From: Myxococcota bacterium | GTDB lineage: Bacteria; Myxococcota_A; UBA9160; UBA4427 | Assembly (NCBI GenBank): GCA_965250285.1 | Contig: OZ252299.1 | Coordinates: forward strand, 3,552,001 to 3,616,000 | DNA length: 64,000 bases | Direction of reading: 5' to 3' | Shown: positions 19,183 through 28,705 of the stretch, one piece after another | How the letters are laid out: each line of letters opens with the position of its first letter | Numbering within the stretch: the stretch's first letter is position 1 | The notes under the pieces: model-generated | The model's input: the letters and a program-made list of their open reading frames with translations, nothing else | Databases searched by the model: none | Told to the model about the DNA's origin: nothing | Made by a program: the position numbers and the translations under genes

Positions 19183-20376
19183 ATGGCCGCCTACTTCGTC
19201 GTCAGCCTCGACGTGCACGACCGCAACCGCTTCGACGAGTACGTCCAGGGCGTGATCCGGACCCTCAAGCCCCATGGCGGCTGGATCCAGGCCGCCGGCT
19301 CTGCCGAACAGCTCGAGGGCGAAGGCCAGGCACACGACCACAACGTGATCATCCGGTTCCCGACCACCGCACATGCCAAGGCCTGGTGGGACAGCCCCGA
19401 GTACCGCGAGATCGTGCCCATTCGGCTCGAGAGCACCGGGCCTGCGCGCCCGTACGTTCAGCCCGCGATCGACGGCGATCGTCCGGACATCTCGGGCCTC
19501 GAGCTCCCCAAGAAATCCGTCGACGTGCTCGGCAAGCGCATGGCCTACGTCGAGGTCGGCGAAGGTGACCCGATCGTCTTCCTGCACGGCAATCCGACGT
19601 CTTCGTATCTCTGGCGCAACGTCATCCCCCATCTGGCCGATCAGGGGCGCTGCATCGCGCCCGACCTGATCGGCATGGGCGACTCCGAGAAGCTCGAATC
19701 GGGCGGGCCCGATCGCTACCGGTTCGTCGAGCACCGCCGCTACCTCGATGCACTGCTCGAGACGCTCGGTGTCGACGAGCGCGTGACGCTCGTGATTCAC
19801 GACTGGGGCTCGGCGCTCGGCTTCGATTGGGCGCGGACGCACGCGGCGTCGGTCGCCGGCATCGCCTACATGGAGGCGATCGTGCGGCCCATGGACTGGA
19901 AGGACTGGCCGAAGGCGGTGACCCCGCCCTTCCAGATGCTGCGATCGGAAGCCGGCGACGCGGCAGTGCTCGAAGACAACTTCTTCGTCGAGCGCATGCT
20001 GCCCATGTCGATCATGCGCAAGATCGGAGACGCCGAACGCAACGCCTATCGTCGCCCTTTCGCGAACGCGGGCGAGGATCGCCGGCCCACGTTGACGTGG
20101 CCGCGTGAGATCCCGTTGGGCGGTGAACCCGCCGACGTCGTCGAGATCGTCGGGCAGTACGCCGATTGGCTGGCCACCAGCGACATCCCGAAGCTCTTCA
20201 TCAACGCAGAGCCCGGGGCGATCCTGACCGGGGCGAACCGCGAGTTCGTCCGCACCTGGCCGAACCAAACCGAGGTCACCGTGCGCGGCCTCCACTACGT
20301 GCAGGAAGACTCTCCCGACGAGGTCGGGCGCGCGATCGCCGACTGGCGTCGCGGGCTGGCAGGGATGAGCGGATGA
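19183..20376 (+). CDS. DUF1330 domain fused to a haloalkane dehalogenase (LinB/DhaA-type)
   Basis: GGGAG RBS then [13 protein letters not shown]...[19 protein letters not shown] (DUF1330-like), continuing in frame into [43 protein letters not shown]. Confidence 0.92.
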   Translation: MAAYFVVSLDVHDRNRFDEYVQGVIRTLKPHGGWIQAAGSAEQLEGEGQAHDHNVIIRFPTTAHAKAWWDSPEYREIVPIRLESTGPARPYVQPAIDGDRPDISGLELPKKSVDVLGKRMAYVEVGEGDPIVFLHGNPTSSYLWRNVIPHLADQGRCIAPDLIGMGDSEKLESGGPDRYRFVEHRRYLDALLETLGVDERVTLVIHDWGSALGFDWARTHAASVAGIAYMEAIVRPMDWKDWPKAVTPPFQMLRSEAGDAAVLEDNFFVERMLPMSIMRKIGDAERNAYRRPFANAGEDRRPTLTWPREIPLGGEPADVVEIVGQYADWLATSDIPKLFINAEPGAILTGANREFVRTWPNQTEVTVRGLHYVQEDSPDEVGRAIADWRRGLAGMSG

Positions 20377-20999
20377 GCCGGGGCCCCAACCCCTCCTACG
20401 ACCGAGACGAGGTGCTCGAGCGCATCCTGCGCGTCTTCTGGCGCCGAGGCTACGCCGCGACGTCGATGCGCGAGCTTCGCGAGGCGACGGGTCTCGGGTC
20501 GCGCAGCCTCTACGATGATTTCGGCAACAAGCGCGCGCTCTTCCGCGCCGCGCTCGCGCGCTACCGCGAGCGAGCAGTCCTGCCGATCTACGAGCCGCTC
20601 GAACGAGCCGACTCGCCGCTCGGCGGGCTGCTCGCCTTCATCGATCGGTTCGAAGCGATGCGCCCTTCGGACGTGCGCCTGGGTTGCCTGATCGGTGTCG
20701 GGATGGCAGAGACCGTCCGAGGCGAAGACCGTCGACTCGCCGACGAGCTGACGGCGCTGGCCGGCGAGATGAGAGACCGGCTCGAAGCGTCGATTCAGGC
20801 CGCCATCGATCGCGGAGAGATCGAAGACGCCCTCGCCGCCCCCGAGCTGGCCGCGATGCTGGTGGCCGCGCTCCAGGGCGCCCACTTGATGGGGCGCGCC
20901 CGCCCCGACGGAGAACTACGAAGAGACGCGCTCTCGGGAGCGCGTCATCTGCTCGAACGATTCGCGACACGAACGCCCGGCAGCGAGGCCACACGCTGA
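20373..20999 (+). CDS. TetR/AcrR family regulator (NemR/ComR-like)
   Basis: ATGA overlap with the dehalogenase stop; [42 protein letters not shown] motif in the C-domain. Confidence 0.92.
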   Translation: MSRGPNPSYDRDEVLERILRVFWRRGYAATSMRELREATGLGSRSLYDDFGNKRALFRAALARYRERAVLPIYEPLERADSPLGGLLAFIDRFEAMRPSDVRLGCLIGVGMAETVRGEDRRLADELTALAGEMRDRLEASIQAAIDRGEIEDALAAPELAAMLVAALQGAHLMGRARPDGELRRDALSGARHLLERFATRTPGSEATR

Positions 21000-21096
21000 T
21001 TCGAGAGCGAACGCGCGGCTCGATGGTCGAACTGCCTCGAACATGCGTCGGCCGCCCGCAGACCTGAACGACCCCACCCAGCGAGGGAGCCACAAA

Positions 21097-22182
21097 GTGC
21101 AGATTCGCCCCGAACTCACCGCCTCTCATGACCGGGTCTGGCGCAGCCTCGCTGCCCCGGGCACGTGGCTGACCGGCGCAGAGCGCGTCGACGTCGCGCG
21201 GACCCTGCGCACCGCTCGAGATTGCGCGCTGTGCCAGGCGCGCAAGGCGTCGCCCCTCCCGATGTCGGTTCAGGGGCGGCACGAGGCGGCCGTGGCCGAC
21301 ATGCCCGAGGCTCGCGTCGAGCTGATCCACAAGCTGGTCACCGACCCCGGTCGCATCAGTCGTGCCTGGGTCGAGGGACTCTTCGCAGAGGGCATCCCGG
21401 ACGCCGAGTACGTCGAGATCAGCGGCCTCGTGAGCGCGGTCCTCGTGGTCGACACCTTCCACCGGGCATTGGGGCTGCCTGTGCGGGCCCTCCCCGAGCC
21501 CGAAGCGGGAGCGCCCACGCGGCGGCGCCCGCGGACTGCGGTGCTCGACGACGCCTACGTGCCCATGATTCCGGCCGATGGCTTGACCGACGACTTCCTC
21601 GACCTTTACGAACCCGGTCTGCCTGTGGCGAACGTGCATCGTGCATTCACGCTCGTGCCCGACGTGACCCGCCTGGCAAACGACCTGATGGCCTCGCACT
21701 ACTTTCCGTACGAGCACGTCACGCGGTACACCGACGCCGATCACGACTACGCGATCACCAAGACACAGATCGAGCTGACCGCAGCACGCGTTTCTCGCTA
21801 CAACGACTGCTTCTACTGAACGACCGGGCACGCAGGGCTGCTCCGTGCGGGCGGCGAGCAAAGCGAGACCGAGGTCGACGTCGACGTGGTGCTCACCGGC
21901 GAGGGGAATGGCGGCATCGCCCACGGCGATGCGATCGTCGCTTTCGTCGACGCAACGATGGAGGCGGTGCCGGCGGCGATCGAAGCTGCGCGAGAGCGGC
22001 TCGCCGAGGCGATCGGCGACCGCGGCGTCGTCGATACGGCCGCGGTCGCCGCGATGTTCCAGCTCAATACCCGCGCGGCCGATGCGGCGGGCGTCCCGAT
22101 CGAAGAGCCGACGCGCGAGAACCGGAGCCGGCTCGGCGAGCACCTCGGGTTCGATCCGAGGTCGGACGGGCAAGCGCCCTGA
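21097..22182 (+). CDS. AhpD/alkylhydroperoxidase-related selenoprotein (Sec at TGA 21817-21819), 361 aa
   Basis: ORFs 21043-21819 and 21886-22182 are in the same frame, separated only by one TGA. Read-through gives SRYNDCFY-U-TTGHAGLL, the AhpD CxxCxxxH motif with U as second Cys. GTG start after GAGGGAG. Confidence 0.85.
21828..21848 (+). promoter_or_regulatory. Putative bacterial SECIS hairpin
   Basis: GCAC/GTGC lower stem, GCA/TGC upper stem, GGGC apical loop starting at the 16th nt after the UGA, TCC bulge. Confidence 0.6.
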
Positions 22183-22360
22183 GGCCGGCGAGACCCGCAA
22201 GGCGGGAAGCACGTGCCCGACCAGCCAATGCAGTCGGTCTGTGAGGGTGCTGAAGGCGCCGCCACGTCGAAACGCATCGAGTCGCGCCGCGACCGGCCGC
22301 TCGAGTTCCGGCCGCGTTTGGTCGACACGAGGGCATGGCCCTCCGCCGAGACCCAAGACC

Positions 22361-23020
22361 GTGACGACCGCCTCGCCCGCCCTCGCGCAGATCGAGCGCG
22401 CGATCTACGACGATCGCCTCGTCGTCGATGGCGATCGGGTCGTCATCGAGGCGGCGCACGAGAATCGCGACTGGGTCGTCAGCCGGTATCGACCGGTCGC
22501 CGTCGATCTGCCCGAAGGCCGGTTCGCACTGCGCTCGGCCGAGGCAATCGAATCGACCCGTTGGCGCTACGAGCTGACGCGATGGGAGAACGCCGACGGC
22601 GACGCACCGTCGCTCGAAGTCACCTACGACGCAGCGTACGTCGACGCGCGCGACCGACTGCACCGCGCCTCGAAGCTCGGTGACGTCGCGAGCGTGCTCA
22701 CGGCACCCCTGGTCTTGCTGCTCGGCTTTCTGCCCTCGGGTGTCAAGCAGTCGCTGGCGCTGCGCGTCGCGTTCGAACCCCGCGCCGCGACGATGCTGTC
22801 GCTCACGATCCAGCGACTCGCGATCTTCGCGCTCGCGGCCCTGATGGTCGTGCACTGGTCGACGGGCAGCGCGCTGACTTCGGAGCTCGACGGGGGTGGG
22901 TTCGTGCTCGCGGTGCTGCTCGTCGATTGGATGCTTCGCTTCAGCGCGATGCAGGACGAGAGCGCGCGCCCGCTCGGGCTTCTCGAGTGGCTCTGGCCGG
23001 GGAGCTGGGATCGGGGGTGA
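22361..23020 (+). CDS. Hypothetical membrane protein
   Basis: Soluble N-terminal part plus three hydrophobic segments; host-like codon pattern; start uncertain. Confidence 0.6.
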   Translation: MTTASPALAQIERAIYDDRLVVDGDRVVIEAAHENRDWVVSRYRPVAVDLPEGRFALRSAEAIESTRWRYELTRWENADGDAPSLEVTYDAAYVDARDRLHRASKLGDVASVLTAPLVLLLGFLPSGVKQSLALRVAFEPRAATMLSLTIQRLAIFALAALMVVHWSTGSALTSELDGGGFVLAVLLVDWMLRFSAMQDESARPLGLLEWLWPGSWDRG

Positions 23021-23210
23021 TCAAGCCCACTGCTCGGTCAACGAGTCGAGGGAACGAATCGCCTGGCCGTTTAGCACGTGCGTGTCCGTACGGGAAAAGA
23101 CGGCGCCGAGCTGCCCGGTATCGCCGACGTCAAATTGTCGCAGCAGTCATCTGAGATGAACGCCCTGCAACTGACGGGCCCCGTTTCGTGCGGCGCGGTC
23201 TTCCGCCCCG

Positions 23211-23993
23211 TCAGGTCATCGCGAAGGGGAACTTCGCGGTGGTTCCGCCGTCGACGATCAGAGTCTGCCCGTTGACTCGCTCGGCGAGCGAAGAAACGAG
23301 GAAGAGCGCCGCGTTCGCGACGTCTTCGGGCTGGGCGATCCGGTCGAAGATCTCGGGCTCGGGCCGACGCACCTCGCCCGCATCCCACTGCGCCTGAATG
23401 CGGGCCGTGTGCACCGCGCCGGGCGCAACCGCATTCACGCGGATCCGGTGCGCGAACCACTCTTCGCTGAGTGTACGCACCATCGCCATCAATCCCGCCT
23501 TGGCCACACCGTAGGCCCCGTGATGGGGCGCCGAGGTGATGCCGCTGACCGAGGCCACCACCGCGATCGCACCGCCTTCACCGCGCTCGATCATTGGACG
23601 AGCTACGGCGCGAGATACGTATAGATGCTGCTTCAGATTTAGCTGGTGATCGCGGTCCCACGTGTCTTCGTCGACCTCGAGGAGGCTCGACCAGCTGGCC
23701 TGCCCGACGATGTTGACGACGACCTGGATTCCGCCCAGCGTAGCTGCCGCTCGTGCCACGGCCGAGATGCACTGATCCTCGTGCGTGACGTCGGCGCCGA
23801 TCGCCACACTGCGGCGGCCGAGCCCCTCGACTTCTTTCGAAACGGCTTCGGCCCTCGCCTGTTCTAGATCGACGACGGCGACGTCGGCGCCGACCCGCGC
23901 AAGCGCCAGGGCGGCCGCGCGCCCGATGCCCTGCCCGCCGCCGACGACCAATGCGACTCGATCCTGCAGGCCAAACAAGCTCGACTCGGACAT
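23211..23993 (-). CDS. SDR family oxidoreductase
   Basis: GGGQGIG, YGVAK catalytic motif, IRVNAVAPG, VDGG. Confidence 0.95.
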   Translation of the reverse strand: MSESSLFGLQDRVALVVGGGQGIGRAAALALARVGADVAVVDLEQARAEAVSKEVEGLGRRSVAIGADVTHEDQCISAVARAAATLGGIQVVVNIVGQASWSSLLEVDEDTWDRDHQLNLKQHLYVSRAVARPMIERGEGGAIAVVASVSGITSAPHHGAYGVAKAGLMAMVRTLSEEWFAHRIRVNAVAPGAVHTARIQAQWDAGEVRRPEPEIFDRIAQPEDVANAALFLVSSLAERVNGQTLIVDGGTTAKFPFAMT

Positions 23994-24070
23994 GATCGTC
24001 TCCTTTCAAATAGTCGGTGCTGGCCCCTCGCCGCCGACCGCGCGCCCGTCGATCGACCGAAGGGATCGGT

Positions 24071-24559
24071 TCAGGAAAGGGCTCGAACTCGCTCGGCGAG
24101 GGCCTCGTTCATCGCTTCGAAGGCGCGCTGCGTGAACCCGCGCATCTCGCCGTCCATGTTCTCGGCGAGGCGGCCGCGAAACTCCTCGTACTGATCGAAG
24201 CGGATCCGATTCGCGCTGAGAGGCTCGATTGCGAAGACGTGATCGGTGTCGAGGACGCCGCGCTCGCCGACACACCCGCGCCAGTGGAGCACGCGTTCGG
24301 GCTCGGCCCGCATGACGGTCGGCTCGACGACGAGCGGCTCGGGCCAGTTCGCCTGAGTGATCTTCACGCGCAAGATGCGCCCGGGCACCAGCTCTCCGTC
24401 GAGGGCGAGCACGTACGGGTTCCACTCCGGGTAGCGCGCCAGATCCGACAGCACGGCCCACGTCGCTTCGGCGCTGCCCTCGATCTCTAGCACGTGACGA
24501 ATCACGAAGAGCGGCGGATCGCGGTGGGGGTCGGCAGATGCGCCGGTCTCGAGACTCAC
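24071..24559 (-). CDS. SRPBCC (polyketide cyclase/dehydrase-like) domain protein
   Basis: EIEGSAEATWAVLSDLARYPEWNP...FEAMNEALAERV; GTGA overlap with the upstream hydrolase stop. Confidence 0.85.
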   Translation of the reverse strand: MSLETGASADPHRDPPLFVIRHVLEIEGSAEATWAVLSDLARYPEWNPYVLALDGELVPGRILRVKITQANWPEPLVVEPTVMRAEPERVLHWRGCVGERGVLDTDHVFAIEPLSANRIRFDQYEEFRGRLAENMDGEMRGFTQRAFEAMNEALAERVRALS

Positions 24560-25671
24560 GTTTGCATCGTCGCGGCCGAGCTCGGCGACGCCGATGCAGC
24601 CGTGGCCATCGGCCGAAACGTGTCGACGACACGCCGGCACCAGTCGACCGCGTGACCCACCTTCTCGGCGGGCGTGTTGCCGAGGCGCACCACGACGAGA
24701 TCGAGCTTGGGGCTGATCAGCGTGCGCTGACCGAACGCGCCCTGACACGAGAAGAGACCGAGGCTGCCGGGAATCACCCAGAAGTGCGCGCCGTAGGTGC
24801 CACCCGGTGACTGCGGCGAAGGGGTGCGGCTGTAGTCGACCCAGCCCTCGGGCAGAATGCGCACCCCATCCCACACGCCGTCGCGCAGGTAGAGGTAGCC
24901 GAATCGCGCGAAGTCACGCGCGCTGCAGAAGCAGAAGGCCGAGCCGACGAACGTGCCGGCTTCGTCGAAGCGAGGCTTCGGCGTGCGCATGCCGAGGGGC
25001 CCGAAGAGCTCGTCGTGCATGAACGCCCGCATGCCCGCCTCACCGCCGCCGACGATCTCGCCGACGAGGCGCGCGAGCAGATTGCTGGCGCCGCTGTTGT
25101 AGTTCCAGCGCGCCTCGGGCTCGGCCACCTTGGGCAGGGTCGAAGCAAAGCCCGCCGTGTCTTTCTTGCCGTCGCCGAACAGCATCGGGATCACGTCGGA
25201 TTCATCGGGCGGGTAGTAGTAGAGCCCGCCGTCGTCGAGCGTCTCGGCTTCGCGAAAGCGCAGGCCGTCGACCATGCGCAGCATTTGATCGACGGTGATG
25301 CGGCGCCGCGGATCGTCGCCCGTCCACTCCTTGACCGGGATGGGCTCGCGAATGTCGAGTCGCCCCTGCCGCACGAGAATGCCGACGAGCGCACTGGTGA
25401 TGCTCTTGGCCATCGACCAAGAGCCGAACGTATCGTCGGGACTCGCGTCGTGCGCGTAGCGCTCGCTCACCAGGCGCCCCCCCTGGATCGCGACGAACGC
25501 ATGCGAGCGCGCGAGATCGTCGGGCTCCTCGGCGGCGAACGCGTGACCCAACAGCTCGTCGAGTGTCGCGACGTCGACGCGGGGGTCGAGCGGGCCGGTG
25601 GGCCACTCGCGGGTCGGCCACGCGACGTCGGGCGGCTGGGGGTTCAGCGGCAGAAGGGGTGCATCGGGCAC
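24556..25671 (-). CDS. Serine hydrolase, beta-lactamase class C / 6-aminohexanoate-dimer hydrolase-like
   Basis: SWSMAKS (SxxK), WNYNSG, SARDFARFGYLYL, YGAHFW, GAFGQ; GAGGAG RBS before GTG 25671. Confidence 0.92.
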   Translation of the reverse strand: MPDAPLLPLNPQPPDVAWPTREWPTGPLDPRVDVATLDELLGHAFAAEEPDDLARSHAFVAIQGGRLVSERYAHDASPDDTFGSWSMAKSITSALVGILVRQGRLDIREPIPVKEWTGDDPRRRITVDQMLRMVDGLRFREAETLDDGGLYYYPPDESDVIPMLFGDGKKDTAGFASTLPKVAEPEARWNYNSGASNLLARLVGEIVGGGEAGMRAFMHDELFGPLGMRTPKPRFDEAGTFVGSAFCFCSARDFARFGYLYLRDGVWDGVRILPEGWVDYSRTPSPQSPGGTYGAHFWVIPGSLGLFSCQGAFGQRTLISPKLDLVVVRLGNTPAEKVGHAVDWCRRVVDTFRPMATAASASPSSAATMQT

Positions 25672-25800
25672 GTGGGGCTCCTCACATCGATCGGCAGAGG
25701 CGCCATGGTGCCACGGCGCGGCCAGCAAAGGGGGGCGCCGGGCCGGGCCCACGCCTGATATCCTTTGTATACCTTCATCTTCGATCAGGGAGCCGCCCCC

Positions 25801-26694
25801 ATGGCCAGCCATGCTTCGATCTCGAACTCCATCGACGTATCCCGCCTGACGGGCTCTCTGGGCGCCGAAGTTCGCGGCTTCGACCTCGCGAGCGCCGGGC
25901 CGGCCGAGGCCGAGTCGATCCTCGAGCTCGTGGCGGAGCACCTGGTCGTCTTCTTTCCCGACCAGCACCTGACCCCCGATGAGCACATCGCGTTTGGGCG
26001 TCTCTTCGGCCGGCTCGAGGGGCACCCGAACCTCGCGCTCGACGCCGAGCGCCCCGAGTTCTTCGAGCTGCGCGCCGAGGGGGGCTCGGGCGCCATCGCC
26101 GACGAGTGGCACAGCGACCTCACTTGCCAGGCCGAGCCCTCGATCTTCGCGATCCTTCACATGAAGAAGTGCCCGCCGTTTGGCGGCGACACCATGTGGG
26201 CCAACATGTACAAGGCCTACGACGAGCTGTCGCAGCCGCTGAAGGATCTGTGCGAAGGGCTCTCGGCGCTGCACGACGCAAGCCCGCACTACACGCCCGA
26301 GCGCAAGGCGATCCACCCGGTCGTGCGGGTCCACCCCGTCACCGGGCGAAAGTCGCTCTTCGTCAACGAGCACTTCACGCGGCGCATCGTCGAGTTGAGC
26401 CACGACGAGAGCGAAGCGCTGCTCGGCTACCTCACCCGGTACGTCTCGAGCAATCGATTCACGGTGCGCTATCGCTGGAGCGAGGGCACCATCGCGATGT
26501 GGGACAACCGCTGCACGCAGCATCACGTGCTGAACGACTTCGAAGGCGAGCGCGTCATCCAACGCGTCACCGTGATGGGCGACCAGCCCGAGCCCGCCGC
26601 GCCGCCGCGCTACGAACCCTTCTCGAACGAGTTCAGCGCCGCGAGCTGGCACGACAAGCCGCTGTCGGATTTCTTGCGCGGGAAGACGGGCTAG
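25801..26694 (+). CDS. TauD/TfdA family Fe(II)/2-oxoglutarate dioxygenase
   Basis: WHSDLT (HxD), GGDTMW, HPVVRVHPVTGRKSLFVN, WDNRCTQH, distal R. Confidence 0.95.
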   Translation: MASHASISNSIDVSRLTGSLGAEVRGFDLASAGPAEAESILELVAEHLVVFFPDQHLTPDEHIAFGRLFGRLEGHPNLALDAERPEFFELRAEGGSGAIADEWHSDLTCQAEPSIFAILHMKKCPPFGGDTMWANMYKAYDELSQPLKDLCEGLSALHDASPHYTPERKAIHPVVRVHPVTGRKSLFVNEHFTRRIVELSHDESEALLGYLTRYVSSNRFTVRYRWSEGTIAMWDNRCTQHHVLNDFEGERVIQRVTVMGDQPEPAAPPRYEPFSNEFSAASWHDKPLSDFLRGKTG

Positions 26695-26710
26695 CCCGGC
26701 GCGCCGGGCT
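26693..26710. terminator. GC-rich palindrome between convergent genes; possible terminator or stabilising hairpin
   Basis: Perfect 18-bp palindrome AGCCCGGCGCGCCGGGCT starting in the TauD stop codon; no U-tract. Confidence 0.35.
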
Positions 26711-26770
26711 CGCCCGACCCGACTTCGATTCGCTGGCGCCTGTCGACCTGCGATCGAGTGGTCGAACCAC

Positions 26771-27484
26771 TCAGCTCCGCGAGCGCGACCGATCGTTGGC
26801 GCGCCGACTGAGCCCCAGACTCGCAAGCCCGAGCCCAACGAGCAGCGCAGTGGAGGGCTCGGGGGCCAACACGAACGAGTGCTCGAAGTAGCGGGTGCCC
26901 GTCGCGCCGCTCCCGACATCGACCGTCCAGTTCTCGGGCCCGACCGTCAAGGCGCATCCGTCACTGGTGGGCGACACCGCGCGGGCGCCACAGACGCCTC
27001 GAATCGACACGTCGATGCCAGAGAAGAGAGCCGGGGTGCCGCCGACCGGCAGACCGGCACCGTCGAGCTGGGTCTGGGTTCCGATCACGATCGTGGCCAG
27101 CTGTCCTGGATCGATCTCCCAAAGACCCGCGCTGATCTCCGTCGCCTGCAAGCCCGATGCGGTGTAGGTGGTCGACGTGAACAGAATCGACTGAACGCCG
27201 AGGTCAGGGCCGTCGACCGCTTCGAGGAGCAGCGACGTCACCGAGATCGCCAGATCGATCTCACCCGATTCGGACAGGACCGCCGTGCCGGTGTCGCTGA
27301 CGGAGACGCCGTCGAAGGCGAAGGTCGTCACCGCGAGGTCACCACACCCGACGGTGCTGGTGCATCCGAAAGCATCGGTCGTCACGAGCGGAACGCTGTT
27401 GTAGCTGAACCCGTAGGCCGCCGAGACGAGCGGACCGAACGAGAGCAGCAGGGCCAATTGGAATGAGAGCATCAGGTGTCGCAT
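26771..27484 (-). CDS. PEP-CTERM sorting domain protein
   Basis: Signal peptide, Thr/Ser/Gly-rich body, C-terminal APEPSTALLVGLGLASLGLSRR; AGGAG RBS. Confidence 0.88.
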   Translation of the reverse strand: MRHLMLSFQLALLLSFGPLVSAAYGFSYNSVPLVTTDAFGCTSTVGCGDLAVTTFAFDGVSVSDTGTAVLSESGEIDLAISVTSLLLEAVDGPDLGVQSILFTSTTYTASGLQATEISAGLWEIDPGQLATIVIGTQTQLDGAGLPVGGTPALFSGIDVSIRGVCGARAVSPTSDGCALTVGPENWTVDVGSGATGTRYFEHSFVLAPEPSTALLVGLGLASLGLSRRANDRSRSRS

Positions 27485-27598
27485 GGCAGTCTCCTGGAGG
27501 GCAGCCAGCAGCACGAAGGGCGTACATCGCCGCCGCGCACCGGGCCGAGAACACGAGAGAACTCTCTCGCGAGCAACACAGAATTGTATCAGGCGGCT

Positions 27599-27630
27599 TC
27601 ACCGCACATTCGGCACGGTCACCGCACATT
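27599..27630. promoter_or_regulatory. 12-bp direct repeat (TCACCGCACATT x2, 20-bp period) overlapping a sigma54-like GG-N10-GC element
   Basis: Copies at 27599-27610 and 27619-27630; CGGCACGGTCACCGCA at 27611-27626; lies between two divergent PEP-CTERM genes. Confidence 0.5.
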
Positions 27631-27751
27631 TGCATGCGTCGGCTCCGACCCATGCCAAGCGGCGGCGATCCAACTTCGATCGCCACATTCGCGACGCGGC
27701 TGCCACAATACGCTCAAGGGCCGTGGCGAGAGCCGCTCAGGAGGCAGCCGA

Positions 27752-28538
27752 ATGGACCAGATTCGACGTCAGCGATTCGCGATGCCCGCGGGCTCGCTGA
27801 TCTCGTTGCTTGTGTTCATCTGGGTCGCGCCAGCCAGCGCGGCGCGCATCGTCTACGGCAGCCAGCAGCTCTACGTCGGCGCGACGCACTACATCGACGT
27901 GGATGGCCCGATCGCTGTCGAAAACTACGAAGAGGGCGTGAACATCCCAGCGGCCTTCGCTGAGGACGCCGACGTCACGACCTCGACCACTCATCCAGAG
28001 AATCCATCGGTCGTCGAGCATGGCATTCGCACACTGCACTCCGACGGCGCGTTCTCGGTGATGGCATCCGTCGAGAATGAGGGGCCGCAGAGCTTCGCGA
28101 TCGTGGGACACACGGTGGTCACTCAGACCTTCCAAGTCGACGAAGCGCTCGACATCCTGCTGACGGCTGAGGTCTCACACACCGGCTACCGCAGTCTGTT
28201 CTGGGCGAATGGAAGCGCTTGCCATCCTGTGCGGCGGACGATCGGGCGGCGGCGTCATCTGCGCGGGAAGTCCCAGCGTATGGGCGAGCGCGAGCCCGCC
28301 GAACACGGGCGACGCGATCACGGACAGAACGACGTGGGATGACTCGCTGAACGAAGTCATTCGCCTCGAACCGGGTGTTGACTATGTCGTGCGCGTGCAG
28401 CTCAACGCCGGGTTCGAAGGCACATCGACGGCTTCGGTCACGCTGACGATCGTGCCCGAGCCCTCGACGGGCCTGCTCGTGATGCTCGGGATGGGGCTCG
28501 CGTCGGCCCGCGCGAGAGCGATTCGTAGGCTGAACTAG
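27752..28538 (+). pseudogene. PEP-CTERM protein split by a +1 frameshift near 28210-28222
   Basis: AGGAGG RBS, signal peptide and N-terminal body in one frame; the C-terminal IVPEPSTGLLVMLGMGLASARARAIRR lies in the +1 frame (ORF 28209-28538). Confidence 0.75.
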
Positions 28539-28705
28539 CTGACTCCCGATCGCGCCTTCTGGCGACCGCTGCATCGGCCGCAGACCTGCGACGCCGACGT
28601 ACCGGGCCCGGGATCGCCCAGCCCGACCCGCCACAGCCGGCGCTCGAGAGATCGCGTCGCCCCGACGTTCGACGCGGGCGCGCGCGACTTCGAACCTACG
28701 CCCAG

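Noticed and set aside
21886..22182. Independent 98-aa gene as listed in the ORF track
   Set aside because: No RBS before the GTG and in frame with the upstream ORF; better explained as the C-terminus of the selenoprotein.
24556..25671. Beta-lactam resistance gene
   Set aside because: SxxK hydrolase without a signal peptide and closer in motifs to esterase/amidase members; resistance cannot be claimed.
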